A stretch of DNA of 60,550 bases, filler included, from Basidiobolus ranarum (taxonomy: Eukaryota): assembly GCA_040143965.1 (NCBI GenBank). It is 15 parts of 15 records of this genome, joined end to end, with 100 filler letters (N's around TTAATTAATTAA, not from the genome) between each part and the next. Parts side by side here need not be neighbours in the genome. Positions count along the whole stretch, not along the records: positions 12,170 to 16,123 come from JASJQH010002198.1; positions 16,224 to 20,173 come from JASJQH010002199.1; positions 20,274 to 24,223 come from JASJQH010002200.1; positions 24,324 to 28,271 come from JASJQH010002201.1; 11 more parts are not named here. One strand, 5' to 3'. This document shows positions 12,177 to 24,471 of the stretch, piece by piece. The notes beneath the pieces are model-generated. The model did no database searches, was not told the DNA's origin, and was given only the letters and a program-made list of their open reading frames with translations. The number at the start of each line of letters is the position of its first letter. Position 1 is the stretch's first letter. The position numbers and the translations under genes were made by a program.

Positions 12177-13898
12177 ATGTATCGGGTAGCTGATGTGGAT
12201 CTGATTAAGGGAGTCAGACTAGAAGGGAATAACGCGGATCAAGCTCCATACTCTGAGCTTTCCGGGGAATTGGGCTTCAGCGAGATGAAAGTCAAATGCC
12301 AGTCCTGTGGTAATATAAAGAATGCCAACTTTATGAACAAGTGTGACACAAGTCTGGATTTGGCTGAGATGTGCACTAGATCTAGGTGGGAGAACGCCAA
12401 CTTATTTGTGAAACTTAAGTGCTGTCCGTGCGGCAGCGAATCAGAGTGGAAGCAAGTGGTTTTTTGCAGCCCAGGAGTGTGGAATGTTGCAGCTAGTGCT
12501 AATAGGCTTCAAGTCAAAACTGAAGGAGTTCGCAATATTTTGGGCGCGGTATTCGGTAAGAATGATGTGGATGAGACTACATTCGACGTAGATGAGTTGG
12601 TGAATGAAGCAATCAGATCTCACGTTGGATGCTGTGTCACACTTGGAGGTAGCCATGTACCAGAACACAAAACTAATAGCTCCGTAGTTTCTTATCCTAC
12701 TAAACTAAGAGCGATACCATCGCACAAAGCGGACATTTTGCGGGCGATGGTCGGACAGTACACGAAATCAGCATTGGGACATGAATACTTGTTCTCCAAT
12801 GATAGTGCCGATCAAGGAGATTTGGCCATTAACATCAGTCTTGGTTTTGGGGCTAGTTTACGTCATAGCTGGGCCGATCCGAACGAAGTAGGTTGGCTGC
12901 ATCTATTAGGAGAAGCAGCTGGCCAACTTGACACGTTGATGCGCCTACAAGATGACGACATGGAGCAATGTTCAAAGAGCGTTGCCTTATGGGCCAATGT
13001 AAGTATTAAAGCCGGCTGTGTTGGGCCATTAGAATTGCGTACCCGTGTCAGGGGCTCGTTATGCTATGACAGTTACTTGGAACGCTACCGATTGAAAGAA
13101 CCTAACTATGAAGACACTTTCCTGACGCTGGAAGATGCAAGTGGAATTGCTGGGATGGTGGAAAGCCAAGTGTTAGGGCGCTACTACGAGAGTATCCATT
13201 TGAATATGGGAGATGTATTTGAGGCAGGCCTTTGTAGAGGCTGCAGGTGGGCGAGTCACGTAGTAGCATTCGCTGCATTGATTTATCATGATGGAGCAGA
13301 CTTGATCAATGATGTGGGAGGTAGGGAACGCCAGAACATAATAAGGTTATGCGCCAACTCGCACTCATCAACCTTGCTCGGTCTTGGTGCTTATGCTGAA
13401 TGGGTGCTTAGGGCTGCACTAACTGACCAGTTGACTAGCTGCTCCGCGTGTGGAATACGCGTTGCGGCAATAGCACGCACAGCTTACGGGTGGTATTATA
13501 GCGTCGAGAGATATAGAATGTGGGAGTGCAGTAATAAGACAGGTGTTAGACCTTATACAATGGAGGAGGTTCGCTGTGGGTTTGAGATAGTAAAACGGTT
13601 ACGTGTACTTGCGGACAAGGCTATGGAAACAGTAGGTCACAAGCTTGAAAACTTTGACGAAAGTAAATGTGCATTGAATCAGTGCTGTCAGTGCCGTTGC
13701 CAGTGTTCTATTGATGCTGACAAGGATCCCACTGCAGTCCTCGAAGAATTGCTTGCTGGTAAGGATAAGTGTTGTGTAGCATGTCACGCCTTAACTGGTG
13801 TTGTGGAAAAGGCGTCACTCGCAAATATTGCTTACAGTACAGTAGCGTATGCGGTCGAGAACGTTGGAAGCCGAGTCGAATGTGTAAGAGACAATTAG
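12177..13898 (+). CDS. Intronless Cys-rich protein with a divergent class I terpene synthase / isoprenoid synthase-like core
   Basis: Uninterrupted 573-codon ORF with higher GC and retained CpG. Motifs occur in canonical order: QLDTLMRLQDDD (12924-12959), LEDASGIAG, YHDGADLINDVGGRERQN (~13284-13337), WYYSVERY (13491-13514). Many CxxC/CC clusters at both ends. The fold call is inferred from motifs. Confidence 0.6.
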   Translation: MYRVADVDLIKGVRLEGNNADQAPYSELSGELGFSEMKVKCQSCGNIKNANFMNKCDTSLDLAEMCTRSRWENANLFVKLKCCPCGSESEWKQVVFCSPGVWNVAASANRLQVKTEGVRNILGAVFGKNDVDETTFDVDELVNEAIRSHVGCCVTLGGSHVPEHKTNSSVVSYPTKLRAIPSHKADILRAMVGQYTKSALGHEYLFSNDSADQGDLAINISLGFGASLRHSWADPNEVGWLHLLGEAAGQLDTLMRLQDDDMEQCSKSVALWANVSIKAGCVGPLELRTRVRGSLCYDSYLERYRLKEPNYEDTFLTLEDASGIAGMVESQVLGRYYESIHLNMGDVFEAGLCRGCRWASHVVAFAALIYHDGADLINDVGGRERQNIIRLCANSHSSTLLGLGAYAEWVLRAALTDQLTSCSACGIRVAAIARTAYGWYYSVERYRMWECSNKTGVRPYTMEEVRCGFEIVKRLRVLADKAMETVGHKLENFDESKCALNQCCQCRCQCSIDADKDPTAVLEELLAGKDKCCVACHALTGVVEKASLANIAYSTVAYAVENVGSRVECVRDN

Positions 13899-14048
13899 AT
13901 GTTTCTAAATTTTGTAAATGGCAGACAGAGCAATAAAGTAACCTTGCTTTTGTCAGTAGTTACAATGACCTTACAATTTTAAAAACGTGTAAAGGAAAAG
14001 CATTCAATTTAAGCTTATTAAAGCAATTAGATTGTGGTGGAACATATA

Positions 14049-15250
14049 CCAGGGGTATGGATACGAAACCGCCCTTTTACTAGAAGGGTCCTAGTGGTCA
14101 GCTTTGATTCTAAACAGACAAGTAATTGAGTTTTTTTATTTTGGTTCTGTCCAAGGAATATTTAGTACTTGAAACAATTCAAATTTCTTACCGCAACTTT
14201 TTTTTACAACATTAAACATATCAAACTTTGTCCCTCAAAATAGCAATGTGCGGACAGCATTGGTTTTTGTTACTAGTTGAAGAAAACTGCTGCAGAATCG
14301 CATCAAATGCTTGCACAAGTTTGTGGCGACCATGTTCCTAGCCAAATACATTGAAAAGAGTGGTTTAGAAAGTTCAAAAGTGGTGATTTTGATATTAGAA
14401 AAGAATGAGGTCAGCCGGCTAAAAGCTTTGAAGACAATGAGTTACAAAAATTGTTGGACAAAGATGTTACTCAAACGCAAAAACAACTCGTGGATCAATT
14501 AAATGTAACCATAGAAACCATTTCTAGATGTTGAAAAGCTATGGAAAAGATTCAAAAGATTGGAAAATGAGTTCCATATGAATTGAGCAACCGGCAGCAG
14601 GAAAACAAAAAGACCACTTGTGAGATGCTGCTTGCCAGGTACAAAAGAAATTCATTTCTTCATTGCATTGTTACTGGAGACAAAAAGTGAATCTTTTTTG
14701 AGAATCCAATGCTTAGAGGATCATGGGTATCTCCAGGGGAACTGTCAGCATTGACCACAAGGCCAAATTGCTATGGATGAAAGACAATGCTTTGTGTTTG
14801 GTGGGACCATAATGGTATTATCTAGTAAGAGCTGCTGAAACTTGGCCAGAATGTCAATACAGAGACTACCAACAGCAAAAGGTGAAATTGAACCAATCTT
14901 GGTGCCAAAAAAGCCCTGAATATCAAAAAAGGCAGTACAAAGTCATTTTGCTACACAACAACACACTGTTGCACACTACAAAACAGACAAAAGAAACAAT
15001 TGATACATTTAGTTGGAAAATACTTTCTCCTGCAACTTATTCAACAGACTTGGCTCCATCTGGTTATCATTTGTTTCCTTTGATGGTACAAGCATGGGCT
15101 GAGCAACACCTCACCAACTACAAAACAGTTGAAGAATGGCATAGCAGCCTGTTTGCCTGGCAAGAGGAAAAATATTTTGGCAAGGGTTCCAGAAATTGTC
15201 ATGGAGATGGGAGAGTTGTATTGCTATTGATGGATATTACTTTAATCAAT
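14049..15250 (+). mobile_element. Mos1-like (mauritiana-type) mariner transposon, decayed, right TIR not seen
   Basis: TA followed by CCAGGGGTATGGATACGAAACCG (left TIR-like). Transposase runs from a mutated start (ATA, 14218): SNFVP..KTAAESHQML..WFRKFKSGDFD..QTQKQL..KIQKIGK*VPYEL..IVTGDKK*IFF..KTMLCVWWD..PEYQKRQYKVILLHNN..YSTDLAPSGYHLF..RWESCIAIDGYYF. Confidence 0.92.
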
Positions 15251-15845
15251 ACTCCTCTTCTCACATTCATAAGATACTTGTTAATGAGTACAATTCTAAA
15301 GGGCAGTGTCATATGCATGCTTCTGGTATATCCAACTCAAAGGTCTATGAGTATTCTCTGATAGTCAATCACTTTTTGACCCAAATCCAATCAAAGTTAT
15401 CCAAAATTGATATTTCCAGTCTATGGTAGGTTCTCAATATTAATACTTTCATTTTGAGATCTCAATTTAGATTATTCTGAAGAAACTCTGGAATATTATC
15501 AAAGTAGCCTGATGGTACAATCAACTCAAACTTTGGCTGTACTTTGATCAGCTCCTCAACAATACTGGTGCATGCTTTCTTTTACATCTTTTTAAGCATG
15601 TTGATTACTGTTATATGAATCAAAATTCCACAATTCTCACCCCTGATTCAATTATGTTTGATTTTTAAGTTCAGGATTTTCTCATGCAAACTTTTGGCAA
15701 ACATCATTTAGTATTTGTGACTGTTACTACTATCTACCCTAATTTCCACCTGTAATGATCATTCATAGATAAGATCATTGTTTTTTGCTTACCTCAGCCA
15801 ATCCAGGACCAATTTCCAATATCATGCAATCATTTGAAAAGAATA

Positions 15846-16123
15846 CCCTAACAGAAATTTGAGGATTGTTATCGCAGGAAAACCGTCACAATTTTAATCC
15901 ATTTGGGATTGACCGTTTACTTACCGTCATAAAATCGTCAAGTTAGATTTGATTTTAATCAATTTTTTCAGTTTCAGAAGTGAAATTTCAAGATCTTGCA
16001 AAATAGTTGCACATGATTGGCTAAAATCTCAGAGAACTATGGATCAACACATGTGCGAAAAACGTAACTCAAATTTTACACAATTACCACTTGAACGCTA
16101 ATTTGTCACCTTCAAAATCCCTA
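15846..16123 (+). mobile_element. End of a CCCTA-terminated, CACTA/EnSpm-like DNA element
   Basis: Starts CCCTAACAGAAATTTG with subterminal ACCGTCA repeats. The same sequence occurs inverted at ~40680-40957. Confidence 0.6.
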
Positions 16124-16223
16124 NNNNNNNNNNNNNNNNNNNNNNNNNNNNNNNNNNNNNNNNNNNNTTAATTAATTAANNNNNNNNNNNNNNNNNNNNN
16201 NNNNNNNNNNNNNNNNNNNNNNN

Positions 16224-16871
16224 CACTAGGGTCCATCGTGGATTCTACGAAACTTATACTAGTGTTGAGCCCCAGGTTAAAGCTGGGCTAGCCAAGACCC
16301 TTTCTATCATTGGTGGTGATTCTTCAGATTACGAAATTCTTGTTACTGGACATTCTTTGGTAAGGAACTCTACAACCATTGGATTGGGAACCAGATTCTT
16401 ATAGTTTTCTCAATTTAGGGTGCGGCTGTTGCTACTTTTGGAGCCTTGGATATCAAGAGAATATATCTTAATCCAGAGCATGAAGAGGCTTTTAGTCCTT
16501 CATTGTTGAGTATTGTGGATGCGAATAAAGTTCGCTTACATAACTACGGGTCCCCTAGAGTTGGCGACGCAGCCTTTGCTGCATTAGCTTATTCCACACT
16601 TACCAATGGTGATAATGACTTTGACAAGATTTGCCGTGTCACTAACCATAATGACATTGTACCAAGAGTTCCCCCGGAATTCTTTGGCTTCCTTCACACT
16701 CCACATGAAATATGGATCAATTTCGATCAAGTTACTGTTGATTGCCATGATATAGTCAATGGCACTATCGTTGAAGATCCAAATTGTAATGCTGGACAGT
16801 TCCCTATGAGTATAGCTGCTCATCTCAAGTACTGGGATATAGATTTTGGAATAGGTTGCGATATATTTTAG
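16224..16871 (+). CDS. Class 3 triacylglycerol lipase, copy 1 (5'-truncated; intron 16360-16418)
   Basis: VHRGFY, GHSL|GAAVA with the nucleophile elbow split by the intron, YGSPRVGD, RVTNHNDIVPRVPP, AHLKYW. Confidence 0.93.
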
Positions 16872-19210
16872 TTTTTTTCGTGAGTGTTCAATTCCAAGTC
16901 AATAAATCCATTTGCTCAGTTAATAAGAGTATTTAACGTAGTCCACAGAGTATTTATCGTAATCCAACTAGTACTTATCGTAATCCACCTAGTATTTATC
17001 GTAATTAATGTTTTTTAAGAGAATCTAATATATACATTTATGGTGGAGTGTTGAATAATGGGGTTAGCGTTCGGGTTAATCCAAATCCATACTTTCTAAG
17101 CCACTTTGGGCAGGCGAGTTATTAAATAGCAATACTATTTGTACTTAGCTTAACTCAGTTTATCAATCCATTTATTTAGAGATATCCCGAAAAATTCCTT
17201 ATCAATTTCCTTATCCCTGACTGGCTTGTTGTTTCTTTCGGAGCAGGCATTCTTGTCTGATAACTCTTTCAAGATGCCATTTACATTGTGAAAGGTGACG
17301 AGTACAAGTACAATCTAACTGCTGAAAAGGTTTTATTGGATATACACTAATAAGAAGCACTGGGCCCATGCACTAGTAACTAATTACTCATAGTAGAAGA
17401 GTCCATACACTAGTAACTAATTACTCATTGCTACAAAATCAACGAATTTTATGCAACTATATGGGGATCAGACCTAGTCCTAGATTGTATGCATGGTCAA
17501 ATTTCTAGATTTAAACTCAACTTACAATTAAACCCTTTATCTAAGCTTTATGGTAACTAGCTTGAAATTCTGAATGATAAAGACCAAAAATTATTCATAG
17601 AAAAGCACTCTACCAAGAAATTGGAAATTCAGACCTTAAAATACATATCATTTTCAGTGTAAATTCCACCTTAACTACTCAATTGATTGCCGCTTAATCA
17701 GAATACATATCATCTATGAAGTAGCCACTGACAGATTGTCGAGTTGTATAAAGTTATGAGCTACATATATAAGATGTTTTCTGCGGGCTGAGAATGTAAT
17801 CAAGCTGGTGAACCTGTAGTAGTACCCATGTTGAACAAGATTTTTACAGAGTGAATTTGTAGCAATGTATATTGCTTTTTGTAAGCTTCAGAGGCGTGTA
17901 ATTTTTTCTCAAGTGAAATTATTCAAAGCTTCTGTTTTTCACTGCCCCCTGAAGAATACTGATACAAAATTCAATAAAACCCCAATATACTCTGTCACTA
18001 CTTACCAACTATCATGACATACATGGTTACCATATCGAGATCCACTCATATCAAGATCAAATCTGAAATATATCACTTATTAATTAAATAAATAGTTATT
18101 AATTCAGATCGTCTTATCAACCGACCTAGCCTTTTATAGTTGTAATAGAGTCACTTGATTTTAATTATTATCTTTAGTTTACTCACCTCATTCATTAATC
18201 ACCTCATCCAATGGGTAAAATAGCAGCATGATTAATTACCTACACTCAAGCCGCTTATCCTAGTCGCCGCAATGTGTATATATGTGCCTTTAACAGAAAT
18301 AATTAAACAGTTTATTCTCAAGAACTTTTGAACATGAGGCACAAATAAGCAGGTACATGGTGACTGATAAATTATTGGCTTTATTGTTGTTGAAGGAGCA
18401 TAGCATGTCGTTCTTTATGACGCACTAAAGTAAGTCAACCCAGTTTTGACCTCATTCCTAGACTACCATCAGGTAGTATATTTATTTGTGCTTTCGAACT
18501 ACTGCGATTCCAAACGAAGTAAATATGAGGCAAATGCAAGATGATGAAGCTGAATATATTTACTCAAATGAGGAATATTTAATTATAACTTCCAGTTCAT
18601 ATTATCATTCCAAAGACAATGTACCAGTGAGTCATTGCAATGGTAGTAAATAAATCTCCATCATTTTTTAGCAGTGAAAGCGTATAAATTGCTGAAAGTA
18701 AATACTGTAGTTCTGCTTTCCAATCCCCTGACCAACTTACTAAGGGTTACCCTAACTTACCAAGGTTCTTATGGCATCTATTCTGGGTACAAATGATGAT
18801 TGGCTTAAAGAAAAAAACTAATCTATCTGTTACTGATTCACAAGGGGCTATTCCGAAGCTAGGGTACAATAAAGAAGATCGCATAGTTTCGGTAGTTTCT
18901 GTATAACATGCAGTATATCAGATTACATTCCTTCCATCATCCGGCGTTCTACAATCATTTTGAATAAGGTCAAGTCTAGATACATCTATTCAAAGCCACG
19001 TTTAGGCCACGAAAAAACTGCTGAGCTTGTTTTCCAAATTCTCTGACAATTTATCCAAAATCGGTTCTTATCTACTGGGTTTAACACGCTAATAGAGGGT
19101 GTAAGTGCCGTTTACCTTGCCATTCCAAGTGAAATAATGAAAGAGAGCGGAAGAAATTAGCTATCGTTGCATATAAATAATGCTGCTTGTTTCCTCATCA
19201 TCATTACACG

Positions 19211-20173
19211 ATGTTATCTCAAAGCTTTTACCTTCTGTTCCTCAGCGTAGCCGCTGCCTTCCCTTGGAGCGATTCGAATTCTCACTCTGTTGCTGATCCG
19301 TATGAGGCAATTGACAGCTCCACTCTGTCAATGCTTAAGAAGTCAGCCAGATATGCTTCTGTTGCTTACTGCCACGAAGATAAAATCATGGATTGGTCAT
19401 GTGGGCCTCGCTGTACTGGTAGCTTCAATGTAACCACCTACTTCCAAAATAGCACAACCGAGATGGCTGGGTATATCGGATACAATGAGCAAGACAAGTT
19501 GATTGTTGTTAGCTACAGAGGGTAAGTTACTTTTAAATCACTTCTTCAGGAGTTTAAAGTATTTAACAATCAAATTAGTTCTTCCAACCTTGAAAACTGG
19601 ATCCTGGACTTCGACTTCATTCCCAGGTCATTTGTATACCCAAAGGAGTACCCTCATACTAAGGTTCACCGTGGATTCTATGAGGCCGCTACCAGTGTTG
19701 CACAACAAGTAAAGGAAGGGCTAGCCAAGACCCTTTCTATTGTTGGAAGCAAATCATCCGATTATGAACTTCTGGTTACTGGACACTCCTTGGGTGCCGC
19801 TGTGGCAACATTAGGGGCTTTAGATATCAAGCAAATTTATCTCAATCCTGATCATGAGGAGGCGCTTGAGCCCTCATTATTGAGCGTGGTAGATGTCAAT
19901 AGAATCCGCTTACATAACTATGGGTCACCAAGGGTTGGAGATGCAGCTTTCGCCAAGTTAGCCTATTCCACCATCACCAACGGTGACGAAGACTATCAAA
20001 AACTTTGCCGTGTCACAAACCAAAATGACATCGTGCCTAGAGTTCCTCCCGAGATGTTTGGCTATCTCCATACCCCTCACGAAATTTGGATTAATTACGA
20101 TGAAGTTACAGTTGATTGCCATGATATAGTCAATGGAACCATTGTTGAAGATTTGCATTGCAACGCTGGCCAG
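19211..20173 (+). CDS. Secreted class 3 lipase, copy 2 (intron 19522-19578; 3'-truncated)
   Basis: Signal peptide MLSQSFYLLFLSVAAA, YASVAYC..WSCGPRC, VVSYRG|SSNLENW, VHRGFY, GHSLGAAVA, YGSPRVGD, DIVPRVPP. Confidence 0.95.
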
Positions 20174-20749
20174 NNNNNNNNNNNNNNNNNNNNNNNNNNN
20201 NNNNNNNNNNNNNNNNNTTAATTAATTAANNNNNNNNNNNNNNNNNNNNNNNNNNNNNNNNNNNNNNNNNNNNGCAAATCTACCTTTGCTATTCCAACTC
20301 TTGTTAGTGTGAACAAAGCCCTTCTAGCAAGTTAGAGGAGCTCAGAACTCATGAAGGTGCTCTAGAAAAGCAAGAAGCAATGGCAACCATGTGCACAGAG
20401 CTGATGTGCAAAAAGCTGACATTTACATTTTAGCCAATAATAGACTGATTCCTCCTTATTGAGCCAGATCAGGCCATATAGAAAGTATTCCAGCAGAAGT
20501 TGGCACAATTGGGCACTATCTAGCATTATGCCATTTATCATTCTAGAAATAGTGGTCTTATTTATGTGGTATATTCAGAAAATGTGCTTTTAGACATTTA
20601 TTGCACATGCTAAATATGATGAAAGCATCATTCAAAGTTTCTTAAGTCTAGAGTTTTGAATAGATATCTTCAAGCATCAATATAATAAGAATTGATTTAG
20701 ATTTTGACAACCTTACCTAACTTGGATTGAGGCCCACAAAATGATTTTC

Positions 20750-21250
20750 CTTCATACTTTCTTGTTTCAATGCTATATCTCTTTAGGAAGCCAAAGTTAT
20801 GTTATACCCTAGCTCTAAAACAGGAAAAAATGTGATTTTAAAGCTTTTACCTGTTCTTAAGCATACCTCATCTGGGCCTCTTATTAGCTGTGACACATTC
20901 TAGCCTTCTGCATTCTTCCCCAACATTTGCCAAATCAGCCATAGTCTTCTTGTATTTCACAAATGATGCTTGCTTTTCAACTAAAAACCTGTTGTCATGG
21001 TGTCTCTGCAGATGTGGCCCACTAAACCAAATGATGTTTCCATCTAGATCTGTCAAAGCCTAGAATTTTGCACAGTGAGCTTTGTACTTGCCATAATAGG
21101 ATAGCTTAAGGTTGCTTTTGGGCCAGTTGATTCTCACATGAATTGTGACAACAATTCTTCTGATGTGAACTCTATTGGGAAATACTCAAGAAAATGCAAG
21201 AAAATTAAAATCTTTGAATCTTTTGTCTCCAGCACCTTCAGCATCATCCA
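20750..21250 (-). mobile_element. PIF/Harbinger-ISL2EU-type (DDE_Tnp_4-like) transposase pseudogene
   Basis: YYGKYKAHCAKF*ALTDLDGNIIWFSGPHLQRHHD..MADLAN..NHIFSCFRARV*HNFGFLK matches the Harbinger/IS5-like nuclease pattern. Confidence 0.7.
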
Positions 21251-21444
21251 TCACTGAAGCTAAATATTTCTCACATACTTGACACCTGGTATGGAAGCTC
21301 TGACACTTATACCACCTTTAATAGTGCACTCAAATCTGATTGAACAATAGTCTTAGTAATAACAAAAAATGTTGACTAGCTGCTTTCTGGTAGGTATTGG
21401 AGTATATTGAGCCATAGAATTTCTCAATTATAGCTTCTAAGATG

Positions 21445-24170
21445 TGTTGAAATTAGGTATATAGCAACTCATTATTTAGTAGTTAGTTTATTCATATTCA
21501 GATTATTTAGCACTCAATTCTGTCATTCAAAAATGTGTGTGTATTGCTCTAATTGATAGAAATATCAATTAAATCACTTTTACCAATTTTCACTGTTTTC
21601 TCAAAACTTCTCCAAAGCATCTCAAATTTTCACCCATGCTTAGCAGGCATGTTTCTTTTAATCTAAGCACATCTAATAGTTCTATTTCATAGTAAACTAT
21701 AAATAGAATATATTCAATTCAATAAAACTTAAGTGTCTTATTCACAAATCCAAATCTAGTCCAAAACACTTCCATATCCCCTATGCTCTTTTATCAGGTT
21801 ATGAGCCCCAAGCTAGCTATTAAAGGAATGTCTACCAGTACTATTAGCAATGTTTTTGCATTCACAGAGAAGTTTGAAGGTGAAGACTTTCACCTTTGGA
21901 AGTTCAAGATGCAAATGATGCTAGAAGACAAGGACCTTTGGGGATTTGTTACACAAGAAGAAATAGAGCCAAAGGGACCACCAGAAGCTAGCCTTGCCTT
22001 TCACAAGAAGCAGACAAAAGCACTCTCTACACTTTGTCTACATCTTAGAGATTCTCAATTGAGGCACATACAATCAGCCAAAAACTTCCAAAATGCTTGG
22101 GAAACACTTGCGGGACTATATGAGACTAGAAATCAGGCTAATAGGCTATATCTTAGGTGAAACTTATTCTCAACTCAGATGAATCCTGATGGTTCTAAGC
22201 TTGATCATACAAATCAGATAAAAACTATGGCTGATCAGCTCTCATTTGTTGGAGCTCCTCTAAATGAAGATGACCTAGTCATGACACTACTTAAGTGCCT
22301 GCCGGACATGTTTGGGAATCTCATAATTGCCCTAGAATCAACATCAAAGCCATTAACAATGGAACATGTTGGAGCTAGGCTTTTGATGAAGAATTAAGGA
22401 GATCTAATTTGCAGCCAAATAATGCAGAACAGGCATTTTTTGGAGCTGTCAAATGTCCATCAGGCTTAAATAATGGTGCCCCTAATAGGAAATTAATCAT
22501 CTGCAATTCTTGCAAGAAACAAGGCCATTTAATCAAAGATTGCAGAAAAAGGATTTTTGCCAAAAAGCTAAAATTAGAACAAGCAAATCAAGTAAGCACT
22601 GATAGAGATCATCTGTTTGTGTCTGCCCTATCAGTGACAACTAAAGAAGACTCAGAAATGGGGTGCATTGATTCAGGAGCTTCCCAGTATATGTCAAACA
22701 GGAAAGCTTGGTTTTCCAGCTTAAAACCAATCCAAACAAGGAAAGTCTACTTAGGTGATGACTATGCACTAAATGTAGTTGGTAAGGGCACAGTTGTACT
22801 CAATTGAGACAGAAATTCAGCTAAACCAATAGTAAAATTAAATGATGTACTCTATATACCAAATATAGCCTAGAATCTACTCTCAGTAAGCCAAGCAACA
22901 ACTCAAGGACTAAATTTAGTGTTCAATAAGACTACATGCACTATTGCAGATCAGAATAATACCAAATTAGCTACTGAGATCGAAACTCAAAACTTATACA
23001 AGCTAGAAATCAACAAATTGCATTCTGAGCATGCAAACTTGGCCAAAAATGGTGAAATAAGGTGTTAAACATGGCATAAAAGATAAGGCCACATTTGGGA
23101 ACAAAAACAGACCCAAATGATCCAAAATCAGCTTGTTTCAAGCTTAGAAATTGGAAATAACACTAAATTGGATCTCTGTGAAGATTGCATATATGGAAGA
23201 CATTACAGACAGCCATTTTCAAGCTCTGAAGAGAATAAATCCACTCCGAATTTGGCCCTGACTCATTCTGACCTACGTGGGCCCATGAAAAATGTCTCAC
23301 TAGGTTGGAAAAGGTACTTTATGTCCTTTATTGATGACAAAACAAGGTATACTTTGGTATTCTTTCTCAAATCAAAATCTGAAGCCTTAGCTACATTCAA
23401 GCACTACACAGCAATGGTAGAGAAAGAATCAGCACAAAAATAAAGGTACTAAGGAGTTATAAAGGTGGAGAATACTGCTCTAAAGACTTTGCTGGTTTTT
23501 GCTCTAAACATGTATTTAAGCAAAAACTACTGTACCTTATACTCCACAGCAAAATGGAGTTGCAGAAGATGCTAATAGGACCAAAGTGGAGATGGCAAGA
23601 TCAATGTTACATGATCAAAAGCTTGATTACCAATATTGGGCTAAATCTGTCTCCACTTCAGTCTATATCAAAAACAAATGCCCAACAAGACTACTCCAAA
23701 ACTATACTCCAATTGAAGCCCTATATGGATCAAAACCAAGTGTAAATCATCTCAGGACCTTTGGTTACACAGTATATTGCCTAATTCCAGCTCAAAAATG
23801 CTCTAAATAGGAACCCAAAAGCAGAAAATACCCATTACCGGGTTACTGTGATGGATCTAAGGCCTGCAGACTGTTCAATACCAAAAATCAGAAGTTAATC
23901 AAGTGCAGAGAAGAGATTTTTGATGAAAAAGCAAATTTTTCACCTCAAATCACAGCTCTTGATTGAGAAAACACAAATAGCATGATTCAGGAAGTGTCTG
24001 ACAAAATTCCAGCTGTTTCTGAGCCCCATTCAACCAAAATTCCCGTCCCAATTGCATCAGAGGATAATTCAGGACCCAGAAGGTCATCCAGAACAAGAAA
24101 TAAGGCAGGAAACTGGTGCAACACTTCCAATGATGATGAATATGCTTTGTGGAGTTTGGCATGGTTTCAT
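21445..24170 (+). mobile_element. Ty1/copia element (LTR family B, 352-bp LTR 21445-21796) with decayed gag, protease and integrase
   Basis: TG..CA LTR and PBS GGTTATGAGCCCC at 21797. Gag FHLWKFKMQMMLEDKDLW, knuckle CNSCKKQGHLIKDC, protease IDSGASQYM, integrase CEDCIYGR, HSDLRGPM, FIDD and YTPQQNGVAE. Confidence 0.95.
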
Positions 24171-24471
24171 GCCTATCGTAGTCGAAGCTGTTTCTCTAGA
24201 GAAATACCTTGCTTGGCTTAAAGNNNNNNNNNNNNNNNNNNNNNNNNNNNNNNNNNNNNNNNNNNNNTTAATTAATTAANNNNNNNNNNNNNNNNNNNNN
24301 NNNNNNNNNNNNNNNNNNNNNNNAATGTTTTAATCAATAATAAAAACTAGGCTTACTAATGGATTTTGTTTATATTAACTCTGATCAACATTCCGATTAC
24401 TGTATAAGCACGGGAAATATTCAAACAGACAGAATTTTATTTGAAATAATCAATGTTCAGTAGCAATTTAC

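Noticed and set aside
15846-15853. CCCTAA as a telomeric repeat
   Set aside because: It occurs as single copies forming transposon termini, not as tandem arrays.
16948-17005. Three 21-bp direct repeats downstream of lipase 1, and a ~25-bp duplication at 17368-17428
   Set aside because: Short local slippage duplications with no spacers or associated genes.
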